64,000 nucleotides of DNA, from assembly GCA_000165345.1 (NCBI GenBank), contig CM000430.1:480001-544000 (forward strand), in the 5' to 3' direction. The notes under the pieces were generated by a model. That model did no database searches. It worked only from the letters and a program-made list of their open reading frames with translations, and was not told the DNA's origin. Position 1 is the stretch's first letter. The number at the start of each line of letters is the position of its first letter. This document shows, in pieces, positions 10,790 to 20,473 of the stretch. The translations under genes were made by a program, and so were the position numbers.

Positions 10790-12235
10790 CTATAACAATC
10801 CTAATTTATTATTTTTTAATTCACTTAGTATCGACTTGTTCCAGTAAGGCCAATCTTCCAGGACTCTTGCAATATTTAAGTTTGTATTCTTAGCTATCCA
10901 ATCGGGCAAAACTTCGCATTTAAAAATCAAATATTTTTCGGTGGGTACACTAGGCGGTAAAATATATAATAATGAGTGAAGGCATATTCCTATTGGAGGT
11001 TCTACAAAATATTCGACATGTGCAAGTCCATCAGAGGAATCTAATGACATAGAACCACCTCCACCAAAGTACTTTTTTTGTAAAGGGAATTCTAATAGCT
11101 CTTCAACTTCTAGATCTTTTATGTTATATATACATCTAGCTGACAAATTTGAGTCCGTGAACTTAAAACTTGAGGTATTTAATTTAGTTCCTGGTAAAAC
11201 TTTATCACTATAAAGAATATCTCGAACGATAGGAAATCCAATATACTTCAAATGAGCCCTTATTTGATGTGTTCTTCCAGTAATTGGTTTACAAAGCAAA
11301 ATAGAATACTTATCTGTTTCATTTATTTTTTGTTTTTTTGCCTCGTTTATGTCCAAACATGAAATTAGAGGGAAAAAATATGTCAGAGAGTACTTACTAT
11401 TTTCTGAACTGTCGATTCTTGTTATTAATGATTCGCCTTCTCTGTCTTTTAACGTTTTAAGTCCAATCTCGCATTTGATTACATGGCTTGTGATTCCGTG
11501 TGATTCATCCAGAGATAGCTCCCTAATGCTCACGCCTTCAATGCTACTCTGGGAAATATGAGAAATAAAGTTTGAAGTGCTCTCATTTATCATAGCTAAA
11601 TAATATTTATGTGCAAACTGGACTTTTGATGATAAATTTTTAGTTGTTGAAGAATCTTTACTAAGCAATACAAGGCCAGATGTAACTCTATCAAGTCTAT
11701 TTATCGGATGAATATAAGTACTGTTAGTGTTCAATTTTGAAAGATATTCTGATTGAATTAATTTTGTAAGTGAAAGTTTATTGAACCTTCCTTGAGGATG
11801 GCATGGAATGCCACAAGGCTTAAAAACTGCCAATAAGGTAGAAGAATCATACAATATTTTAACTTTATCTATCGCAACAGGAAGTTCTATAAATAGCGAT
11901 CTGTGTTTAATTTTGTCACCATTGCGAACAATATAGTCTAATGAATTAACAGGTGTATCATTAACACTTAGTCTTCTTTGGTCGATTAATCTCAGGTATT
12001 CTTCTATAGGTCTGGTTCTAAACTCGTTCAGAAACAAGTCTCTTAAGGTTCTGTCTCTCCATCTTAATTTACAAAACGATTCGTATTCAAACATATATGG
12101 AGGAACAACAACGACGTAGTCTTCAACTTCTTTATCATTATAATTTTTTTTTATAATTTTTAGTGTTTTTGCATCACTGGACGAGATTTCAACATTCAAT
12201 TCACTATATATTGTAAAGGTGTTATTTGAATTCAT
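10790..12235 (-). CDS. RluA-family pseudouridine synthase
   Basis: 481 aa. Catalytic motif HPINRLDRVTSGLVLLSK (HRLD..TSG in RluA/RsuA enzymes) and the downstream ITGRTHQIRAHLKYIGFPIVRDILY block. N-terminal S4-like region. Confidence 0.85.
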   Translation of the reverse strand: MNSNNTFTIYSELNVEISSSDAKTLKIIKKNYNDKEVEDYVVVVPPYMFEYESFCKLRWRDRTLRDLFLNEFRTRPIEEYLRLIDQRRLSVNDTPVNSLDYIVRNGDKIKHRSLFIELPVAIDKVKILYDSSTLLAVFKPCGIPCHPQGRFNKLSLTKLIQSEYLSKLNTNSTYIHPINRLDRVTSGLVLLSKDSSTTKNLSSKVQFAHKYYLAMINESTSNFISHISQSSIEGVSIRELSLDESHGITSHVIKCEIGLKTLKDREGESLITRIDSSENSKYSLTYFFPLISCLDINEAKKQKINETDKYSILLCKPITGRTHQIRAHLKYIGFPIVRDILYSDKVLPGTKLNTSSFKFTDSNLSARCIYNIKDLEVEELLEFPLQKKYFGGGGSMSLDSSDGLAHVEYFVEPPIGICLHSLLYILPPSVPTEKYLIFKCEVLPDWIAKNTNLNIARVLEDWPYWNKSILSELKNNKLGLL

Positions 12236-12299
12236 AATTTAGAATTAACACTACTGTTAAATTTTTATTAGGCGGCGTTAGTTATTCAATTATTTTGAA

Positions 12300-13303
12300 A
12301 TGGATTCTACAGCTTTAAAAGAAGAGATAATCGCACTCGAAAGTATATTTGGAGAAAGCCTTTACAACTTAGATAAGAGTGGACTCCCTTCCCCCGGTGT
12401 AAATTTTAATGATAAAGAAAGATCCCTTAAGTATTTTGTAAGTTTAAACTCGTAACTTTTTTCAATTTTTTAATATTTCTTCAGTCGGAATATCTTGATG
12501 GGATCTTGGAAATTAAAATTAGCATTCCATTTGGATACCCCTTAGAAGCGTCTTCTTTTTGTATATCTTCATGGTATTTTGACGTTCATTATTTAACAAA
12601 TTCAGAAGAATTACCGCAATCAAAAAATATCTCTCTAACTTCCAATACATTCAAGCAGTTAAAGGAACTAATTGAAACAAGAGTAGAAAGCAAAACCCCA
12701 ATTTTATTTGAGATAATTGACATTTTGATTTCCTGTAATATTGATCACGAGAAATATAAAACAAAATCAAGTATTAAAGAACAAAGAATTGAAACTAACC
12801 ACTTTGATCAATTTGATGGAGATAAAATTTTTGGTGTAACGCATGGCGAACCTATAATTGATCGAAAAAGTGTTTTCCAAGCTCATGCGTGTAAGGTAGA
12901 AACAGTTGAACAAGTTAAAAAAGTTATCAAATGGTTGCTTTCGAACCCAAAGATTGCTAAAGCAACGCACAATATTTGGTCATATAGAATATTCAAGGAG
13001 AAAAATTTCGCAGAAGTAACTGAAGGATCTTTCCCCATTGGGTACGATATCATATCACAAGATCACGACTCGGATGGCGAGAATGCAGCAGGAGGCAGAC
13101 TTCAACATCTTCTTGAAATTACTAATGCAAAGAATGTATTCGTTATGGTGTCTAGATGGTACGGGGGTATTCAACTAGGGCCAGACAGGTTTAAACATAT
13201 TAATAATGCTGCAAGGCTGATCTTAGAAAAATCGGGCTTAATAACTAGATCGGGGACTTTTTATAAACCGCAATCGAATAAAAACAAAAAGAATCAAATT
13301 TAA
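12300..13303 (+). CDS. IMPACT/Yih1 homolog (N-terminal RWD domain + YigZ/UPF0029 domain), 2 exons
   Basis: Exon 1 is 12300..12437 (MDSTALKEEIIALESIFGESLYNL...SLKYF; RWD-like opening). The intron 12438..12484 (47 nt) has a GTAAGT donor and TTTCTTCAG acceptor, phase 0. Exon 2 is 12485..13303 and carries YigZ motifs: GEPIIDRKSVFQAHAC, HNIWSYRI, DDGENAAGGRL, and VSRWYGGIQLGPDRF. The track ORF 12506..13303 is the TTG-initiated remainder of exon 2. Confidence 0.8.
12438..12484 (+). other. spliceosomal intron (47 nt, GTAAGT...CAG) of the IMPACT gene
   Basis: Canonical donor and acceptor. Splicing joins the RWD N-terminus in frame to the YigZ body. Confidence 0.7.
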
Positions 13304-13321
13304 TCGTTCTAAAAATGTTTT

Positions 13322-13803
13322 TCAATCTTTGGAAACTAAACTGCTGAATATCATATCTGGTACTCCTTTGGAAACAATATATCGATGGTTACATATTGGG
13401 CAGATCAACTCCGCCTCCATAATTTGAAACTATAAAAGTTAAATTGAAAAAAAAAAAATGATTATTAACTTACTCTTAAAATCGCGTCATGTACTGCGCA
13501 TAAAAAAACTTCATCATCAAAATCTTGCTCGGAATAACTCAACGGCAAGCTTAATCCAAATTGAGAAGCACTTTTTACTAGAACACCCCAATCTACCTTT
13601 TTTATTATTTGCTTAATTTGTTCTATATTAAATTCAACATCCAGCATTTTTGTCGATTCCTCAACGCTTCCATTCAAAGAAATTTCCAACGGAAAACCAT
13701 TCCTACATTCAGATCTATTACTTAAGTTATTAAAGATGGATATTTTATATTCATGTAATTATTTGACTTACCAAATTAAAATGTTATGAGTCAACAAACG
13801 CAT
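13322..13803 (-). CDS. TRM112: TRM112 (methyltransferase activator subunit Trm112), 3 exons
   Basis: Exons (minus strand) are 13803..13772 (MRLLTHNILI + TG), 13702..13474, and 13429..13322. The two introns are 13771..13703 (69 nt, GTAAGT..TGTAG) and 13473..13430 (44 nt, GTAAGT..TTATAG). The spliced product MRLLTHNILIWNGFPLEI...VEFNIEQIKQIIKKVDWGVLVKSA...FLCAVHDAILR/FQIMEAELICPICNHRYIVSKGVPDMIF aligns along its length with Trm112 (MKLLTHNLL...GFPL...VEFNPNFV..MIPKVEW..FL.AA...FL..MHHLLLEV..IEGTLQCP.SGR.FPI..GIPNMLL). Track ORF 13465..13689 is exon 2 alone. Confidence 0.75.
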
Positions 13804-14011
13804 TTTACTTTTGATAATCCTGATTTGACTAATCACATCATAGACATATCGACAAAATTTACGTTTTATCACCGCTTCATGGCGGCTTTCTCTTGCATGA
13901 CTTCTCAACTATTCTCTAAATTAGTAGTCATATACCTAAGGAATAATTTTTATAATAATTTATTAAAGAAATATTTTATGACCTGATTGTTGGAATCAAA
14001 TTTTTGCTCTC

Positions 14012-14515
14012 ATGATGGGAAGATTAACTATCGAAATATTTTTATCTATCATAATATTGTTCATTTCTTGCTCCACACAGTTAGAACTTGATATCATGAA
14101 GGATATTGGAACTAATAATAAAGATTTTTTCCAAAAAGAAATATCTCCAGTTGCCATTTCAAGAATTATTGCAATTAAAGATCAATTAAGAATATTTAGT
14201 GGGTCAAATGCTGATACTTCTATAAGAGAGGGTAATTTTATTTCGACTATAATGGCAAACAATTTGAAAGAGTACATAGGATTAGACCACAAGGTAATGT
14301 CAGGGAGTAATAGAGGCGCATTCGTAATATATGATACAAACGACTATCCTTTTGCGTGTAACTGCAACTCGGCGCAATATCAAAACTGGAAAAACGCCAG
14401 TGAAAACCAAAATATAAAAGTAGAATGTACTAACACAATAAATACGGGAATTTTCAATAGCAACGATATTGATTATTGTGATCCTACAAATATTGCAGCA
14501 TCACAAAGTGTCTGA
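14012..14515 (+). CDS. small secreted protein (signal peptide, 8 Cys), orphan
   Basis: 167 aa. N-terminal hydrophobic signal RLTIEIFLSIIILFISCSTQLELD. Mature part is polar with scattered cysteines. Confidence 0.5.
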   Translation: MMGRLTIEIFLSIIILFISCSTQLELDIMKDIGTNNKDFFQKEISPVAISRIIAIKDQLRIFSGSNADTSIREGNFISTIMANNLKEYIGLDHKVMSGSNRGAFVIYDTNDYPFACNCNSAQYQNWKNASENQNIKVECTNTINTGIFNSNDIDYCDPTNIAASQSV

Positions 14516-14608
14516 ATTGAAGAATAATGAAGCGAAAAAAAATTCTCTATTTTGACTATTTGCAATCATAAATTTAATAATTTAAACTTAGTAGTTATTA
14601 CATTAATA

Positions 14609-15236
14609 TTACATTATATCGTTATCATTAGTATTGTCTTCCAGTTCATCATAATCTTCATTAGCTCCAGAATTCATATATTCATAATCGATGTCAGACT
14701 CTTGATCATCTTCTAAAATTTCAATGTCTTCATTATAGGTATCTTTATTCTCTTGTACTGTTGTATCTTCGTCATCACCTAAATTCTTATTCTTCAAATT
14801 ACCAAAATTTGCCATACATATGGCTCTCTTCGAAATCCCTAGCCTTCTTTTATTCATATTCAATGAATTGGAAAGGAGATCATGCGCAAAAAATGGGTTT
14901 TCTTTTTGTAAATTCTCAGGTAAATTCAAAAGGGAAAATAAATATTCCTTTAAAATATTCTGATTTTCGTTTGAATGTTCATCCAAATTCTCATTTACTA
15001 TACTGTTTGTGCTCCCAATATTAAACTGCCAAAACTGCATTATGTGTAAATATTCATCTACGCAAAATTTGACCTCGCGTGCCAAATTAATTTCTTTGTC
15101 AACTTCAGATTGATCAGGAAAATATGGATGAATTGGAAACACTCCTTAAAACAAATGCGTAAATTTCTAAAAGCATAGCAAGATTGCTTAACAACTTACC
15201 TTGGGTGTTATTTTGATTAGTAGTTTGTCCACTCAT
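14609..15236 (-). CDS. hypothetical protein with acidic C-terminal tail, 2 exons
   Basis: Exon 1 is 15236..15200 (MSGQTTNQNNTQ + G). The intron 15199..15145 (55 nt) runs from GTAAGT to TTTTAAG, phase 1. Exon 2 is 15144..14609. The track ORF 14609..15142 is GTG-initiated and corresponds to exon 2. A GGCGCC box lies 42 nt upstream of the ATG. Confidence 0.55.
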
Positions 15237-15277
15237 TAAAAGTAAACCAGGTAACGAGCATCTCTGTTAATTTGCAA

Positions 15278-15285
15278 TTGGCGCC
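15278..15285. promoter_or_regulatory. TTGGCGCC box 42 nt upstream of the ATG at 15236 (minus-strand gene)
   Basis: One of a recurring set of GGCGSC boxes at -25 to -50. Others: 12271..12277 before IMPACT, 62642..62647 before the 62689 ATG, 40050..40078 before the 2319-aa gene. Confidence 0.35.
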
Positions 15286-15316
15286 TGTCAATTTATTTAT
15301 CCCGCTATTTTTAATT

Positions 15317-16021
15317 TTAAGATAAAAAAATTGCCACTTCTATTGCAAATTTGATCTTTTTCGCAACTCTTAATATATTCAACTTAATATTTTGTAGCAC
15401 TACATCCCTTTCAATGTTCATTATTATTTGCAACCTTTCTTTTTCATGCATGAAGTGATTCTTTTCTTCCTTTGATAATATTGAATCATCCAATTTAATT
15501 ATTTCGGAGTAGCACATAACTAATGTATGTTTTGGAATTTTTAACCTATGTAACATAACTTCAGAGAAATCTTGTAGGTGAGATATGACTAAATATTTTG
15601 TTTTCGAAATAAGTATTTTTCTGTAAATTAAGAATAAGAATTGATAGCTGATATCAATTGAATTTGACGGAAACGATTCGGAAAGCAGTTTTAACAATCT
15701 TTCATTGAATTTTTGAGAAGAACTCAACTCATTAGCGTCGTAAACAATTTTATTAAAGCTACTAATAAACTTGCAAACAAGTCTCTGTGCTGAAATATTG
15801 TTTAAAGAATTAATATTGTTAATTGACTCTCTATTATGAATTTCTGTTGCCTCATCTATAACATTTTGTAAAATTTCTGCATCATATAATACTGAGATTA
15901 TACCAAAATAAACCAAAACTGTTGTGATTAAAATGATAAATAAAATTTCTTGGTAACCAATAATAGAACCATTAAATATAAAAGTTTCGTTTTTGAGGAA
16001 TATATTAATTTTTTTAAACAT
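15317..16021 (-). CDS. hypothetical protein with N-terminal signal-anchor/TM segment
   Basis: 234-aa ORF. Hydrophobic stretch IIGYQEILFIILITTVLVYFGIISVLY near the N-terminus, then a helical polar body. Confidence 0.5.
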   Translation of the reverse strand: MFKKINIFLKNETFIFNGSIIGYQEILFIILITTVLVYFGIISVLYDAEILQNVIDEATEIHNRESINNINSLNNISAQRLVCKFISSFNKIVYDANELSSSQKFNERLLKLLSESFPSNSIDISYQFLFLIYRKILISKTKYLVISHLQDFSEVMLHRLKIPKHTLVMCYSEIIKLDDSILSKEEKNHFMHEKERLQIIMNIERDVVLQNIKLNILRVAKKIKFAIEVAIFLS

Positions 16022-16205
16022 TAATTTTGTTCGCTTTGAGATAACTATTTGACCCTATTCAAAAGTGAAAATTTGATATAGCCAAAGCAATAAGGAATAG
16101 CATGGAGTAGGCAGTAGCTATAAGGAGGAAAATATTTTTAGCAATCAAGAAAGTCATCAAATTTGAAAAATTTTTTATAGCATGACTTTTCTATAAATAA
16201 ATAAG

Positions 16206-16212
16206 GCATGCA
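16206..16212. promoter_or_regulatory. GCATGCA (AP2-type) box about 230 bp upstream of MetAP2
   Basis: GGCATGCATTC followed by a CGCGC island in AT-rich spacer. Matches the apicomplexan TGCATGCA upstream element. Confidence 0.35.
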
Positions 16213-16442
16213 TTCATACGCGCTTTTACGTACGTTTTTCATAACAATGTAATTTATGTTCTTTTCGAACAACCTAACTCAAATTTGAATTAACTTATTC
16301 ATTTCTAATATGTGAATTGAAATTAAAAACCTGAAATTTAATTTCTGCTTTGGAGCAGTTGTCAATTACTAGAGTAAAAAAAAATTAAAATCAGAATTTT
16401 TTGCCGCAATTAAAGTATAGAAGTCAATCAGAATTAACAAAA

Positions 16443-17861
16443 ATGAGTGAAAATGAATATAATGAAAAAGATAATCAGAATAATGGAAAAGAATTGGGAA
16501 CTAAAACTGAACAAAAAACTCAGCTTCTACTCGAAGAATCAGGTGTTTTAAATCTTGATAAACCTCTAAATGAGATAGAATCTATTGACAATAAACAAAA
16601 TAATAAAAAGAAAAAAAAGAAAAAGAAAAAAAAAGGAAAGGAAAACCTATACGAAGATAAAGATGATACTTATGATCCAGATCTTCCTACTTATTCAATT
16701 CCTATACAAGATAACACCCATCTGAGAAAAGTTTGCAACTGGCCAGCTATTGAATTTAGCAAACAAACATCTCCTCCAACTGTGCCTATAAATAAAATTT
16801 ACTCAAGACATGAATTTCCAGAGGGCGAAATAATTGAATATAATGGGCCTAACTCATATAGAATATCGTCTGAAGAATTAAAAGATAAAGAAAAACTCCA
16901 TATTTTGGACTACGCCTCTTTAAGAAGAGCAGCAGAGGTACATAGACAAGTTCGAAAATATATGCAGAGTATCATTCGACCAGAGATGAAACTTATAGAT
17001 ATGTGTAATATTTTAGAGAGTAAAGTGAAAGAATTAGTTGCTGCAGAAGGGCTCAAGTGTGGATGGGGATTTCCAACAGGATGTTCGCTTAATCATTGTG
17101 CGGCACACTACACTCCAAACCCCCATGACTTTACAAAATTAACCCAAGATGACATTTGTAAATTAGACTTTGGTGTACAGGTTAATGGAATGATAATTGA
17201 CTGTGCTTTTACCGTTGCATTCAATGATGTTTTTGACCCTTTAATTCAATCTACATTAGATGCAACAAATACAGGATTAAAAGTTGCCGGAATTGATGTT
17301 ATGTTTTCTGAAATAGGCTCAGCTATAGAAGAAGTCATTAAATCTTATGAATTTGAGTACAAAAGTAAGGTTTATAATATTAAACCTATTAAAAATCTAA
17401 ATGGTCATTCAATTCTACCATATCATATCCATGGAGGGAAATCAGTACCAATTATTGCAACAAATGATGACACAAGAATGGAGGAAAATGAAATATATGC
17501 CATCGAAACATTTGCAACCACTGGAAGAGGCTACGTTACAGAAGGGCTAGATTGTAGCCACTATATGAAATACTATGACAATCCCTTCCTAAACGAAAAT
17601 TCAACCAGACTTAATTCTGCTAAAATTCTTCTTGGTGGAATTAATACCCATTTCGGTACACTTGCGTTCTGTAGAAGATGGTTGGACCAATTAGGATTTA
17701 ATAAGCATGCACTAGCTCTTAAATCATTGGTAGACTCGGAAATCATTCGGCCGTATCCTCCATTAAACGACATTCCGGGTTCATTCTCCTCTCAAATGGA
17801 ACACACCATTTTATTAAGGCCTTCTTGTAAAGAGGTTGTATCTAGAGGTGATGACTTTTAA
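16443..17861 (+). CDS. MAP2: methionine aminopeptidase 2 (MetAP2, peptidase M24A)
   Basis: N-terminal poly-Lys block (KKKKKKKKKKKGKE), as in eukaryotic MetAP2. Conserved body FPTGCSLNHCAAHYTPN, DFGVQVNGMIIDCAFTV, HSILPYHIHGGKSVPI, AIETFATTGRGYV and C-terminus EHTILLRPSCKEVVSRGDDF. The first in-frame ATG is at 16443 (track start 16401 is a TTG). Confidence 0.9.
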   Translation: MSENEYNEKDNQNNGKELGTKTEQKTQLLLEESGVLNLDKPLNEIESIDNKQNNKKKKKKKKKKGKENLYEDKDDTYDPDLPTYSIPIQDNTHLRKVCNWPAIEFSKQTSPPTVPINKIYSRHEFPEGEIIEYNGPNSYRISSEELKDKEKLHILDYASLRRAAEVHRQVRKYMQSIIRPEMKLIDMCNILESKVKELVAAEGLKCGWGFPTGCSLNHCAAHYTPNPHDFTKLTQDDICKLDFGVQVNGMIIDCAFTVAFNDVFDPLIQSTLDATNTGLKVAGIDVMFSEIGSAIEEVIKSYEFEYKSKVYNIKPIKNLNGHSILPYHIHGGKSVPIIATNDDTRMEENEIYAIETFATTGRGYVTEGLDCSHYMKYYDNPFLNENSTRLNSAKILLGGINTHFGTLAFCRRWLDQLGFNKHALALKSLVDSEIIRPYPPLNDIPGSFSSQMEHTILLRPSCKEVVSRGDDF

Positions 17862-19104
17862 GTAGTTGGTTCTCTTTTACTAGGTTTAGCTTTTTAATAT
17901 CATTCACAATAATGAATTTCAACGTCTAAGTTTTTGAAAGCTAACCCAAATTGACTATTTAGAATTGAAATGAATAACTATTTGCTTTATTGCGTTCTAT
18001 TGACTATTATACGTATTATATTTGAACCGAGTGTTCGAAATGTCGAGCAAATAAAAATTTGCAACTTGCTTCCTCTCACTATAACTGTCTCAATTACCAT
18101 TTTTTTATATTTAATATTCTGTTTCTTATAGAAAGGCCCTTTAATATGAGCAATTAATTACCACTTCAAATAGAAATTTTTTTCAATTAAAATTCTGAAA
18201 AAATACAAAGAATACAAAACTTTCAAATGTGAAGTTATTTAGAAATGTTAAATGATGAAGTATTCTTAATTATTGTTTTATATCTTAGTATAGGAAATAA
18301 TTTTAGAAATAAGAATTAGTATGGAAAATATTTAATCACTTGTGAGAGTGGTTTTAGGGAATTATTAGTTCATTAAAGATTAAAAAATAATAATTGTTCA
18401 ATTTAAAAACTAGAAGTGTTTATCTAATAATTCAAAATTGGGATTATACTTTTGGTTCCAGGAATAATAAAAATTTGGTGTTGAAACGGTCATATCTTTG
18501 ATATTAATCATTTTAATATAATTTGGAGAATGCTACGAAATATTAATATAGATTTTGTCCTGCAATAAAAAGTTATTAACTCTAAGCAATATAAGCCATG
18601 AATGTCAATAATGAAAAAAAAAATTATCAAAAAAACTCGATATTTGACTCTACGAAATCAAACTGTATAAAGACTGTTCAATAAAATTCTTTTCAAATAT
18701 TTCTTTCAAGCTATTTTCTTTCAATTTAAATATTTTAGAAATACATGAGATTTGGTATTAATAAATTATAAAAAGGTATTCGGACCAAAATTATCTAAAA
18801 AAGTATTGAAAAACAACACCGTTACTTCTAACCCAATATTGTACGGCACAAATTTAGAAATGAAAGGTTTTTAATGTGTAATAAAGAATTTTATAATTTA
18901 CAAAAGTCCTAAATAAGTTTAGTTTGATTTTGAAAGAAGTATTTTTAAAAAATTAGATAAAAAATAAAGAAACTCATACCAGATATAACAAATTAACTTT
19001 TGGTTCAAGTTGAATATTATATGAATAGCATAAACCGTTTTAATGAAATGTTTAAAATTCAAATAATTAACTAAATGTTTGAACTTAAATTTTTTTTTTA
19101 TTTA

Positions 19105-20010
19105 TTATTTCCAAAAAAATGTTATGAAACATAATATTGGGGAAAGAAGCATGATAATAAAAGTTGCAATTAAAAAAACAATTCCTTTGTTTATTTTCCC
19201 ATAATCCGCAAATACAAGTGGGTCTTTTGGGTCAAGCTCCCAAAGTAAATCTATAATTCCGACCCCAATCCCCTGAATTTGGAACTTTGTGATGAGATAA
19301 ATGTATTTAAGCGCAATTTTTCTGACTAAGGATTCAAAGACGCTTAGTCTTTGTTTAGACGATAAATTTAAGTTTTCTTCTATATAAACTTCGGGTAATC
19401 TGTAAAACTTTGCAACTTTTGTTATCAGGTTTATGTAATTTTCACTAGGAAGTGCTGGACTAATTTTTTTAGATGATTTACTTAATTCTGTTAAATATGT
19501 ATAATTTGAAAAATCATCTTGTTTTTCCAACAAAAAATCAGTAAATGTACTATCAAATATCATATTTGAAGTTTCTGTGAAAAATGTCATAACTTTTAAA
19601 TCAAATGAACTCTGATTTTTTGATTCACGAATTCCTGAATTAGAAAATAGCATGTTTTTCTGTGAATTTTTTCCAGAATTCTCAAAGTTTAACTTAATTA
19701 TTACGGCATTTGTTTCAATTAAAAGGTTATTTGGTAAATACTTGACGTATTTCCTGATCATTTTTTTTTCGTAACTATTTATTTCAATAATTACTCCATA
19801 AGTTGCCGTATTTAACGAAGGCGTCAACGTTGGTCTCGTTCTACAACAAAATGGTAAACCTTTTGCAATCCAATTAATTTTGAAATTATCAAGTCTTCCT
19901 ATTCCAAAAAGCCTAAACTCAACGTTTGGAAAACATTGCTTGAATTCGAATGGGTCCATTAAGTGGTCATAAATGAATAAAAATGTCATACCTAAATCAA
20001 TTAATTTCAC
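19105..20010 (-). CDS. hypothetical protein; N-terminus weakly resembles the GGCT/AIG2-like fold; C-terminal TM helix
   Basis: 301-aa ORF. The N-terminus LFIYDHLMDP...FRLFGIGRLDNFKINW...YGVIIEI loosely follows the GGCT pattern (YGSNL...DFKLDF...VWGVV). C-terminal hydrophobic IVFLIATFIIMLLSPILCFITFFW. The family assignment is speculative. Confidence 0.45.
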   Translation of the reverse strand: MKLIDLGMTFLFIYDHLMDPFEFKQCFPNVEFRLFGIGRLDNFKINWIAKGLPFCCRTRPTLTPSLNTATYGVIIEINSYEKKMIRKYVKYLPNNLLIETNAVIIKLNFENSGKNSQKNMLFSNSGIRESKNQSSFDLKVMTFFTETSNMIFDSTFTDFLLEKQDDFSNYTYLTELSKSSKKISPALPSENYINLITKVAKFYRLPEVYIEENLNLSSKQRLSVFESLVRKIALKYIYLITKFQIQGIGVGIIDLLWELDPKDPLVFADYGKINKGIVFLIATFIIMLLSPILCFITFFWK

Positions 20011-20473
20011 ACATTAAATTGCATTTTGTCCAAAAAAATTTGTTAAAGTTATACCGCCAAAAATGTGGGTAAAATGTAACTAATCTGTTGAAATTATAGG
20101 AAAAATAATTTATTTTTGAAAGTTTTGATCATATGATTATAACTATTTGCTTCACATGAAGGATATATATTTGTCATCTGTCTCAAACTCCAAAAAAAAT
20201 GTTGAATATTCAATAGGGAGATCTCAATTAAAGGTAAGACTAAATATTTAGAGTCTATTAATTATCAAAATAACCTTAACTTAATCACGTATCCTCATTC
20301 ATACTTATTAGGACGAAAAAATTGTTAAATGTTGTGAGGTTAATCAAATTCATGAAAGGTCAAATATCTACTCTAACGTCAATTATTTTAGAAATAGACA
20401 TTTACAACGATATCAAGTAATAGAATATTTATTAATTAAGCACAAATCATTTACATTCTATGTCAAAAATAAA

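Noticed and set aside
13786-13986. 66-aa plus-strand ORF (MSQQTHFTF...)
   Set aside because: Overlaps exon 1 and intron 1 of the minus-strand TRM112 gene. Low-complexity, no support.
18015-18040. GTTCGAAAT, reminiscent of a tRNA T-loop
   Set aside because: No acceptor stem or D/anticodon arm pairing around it.
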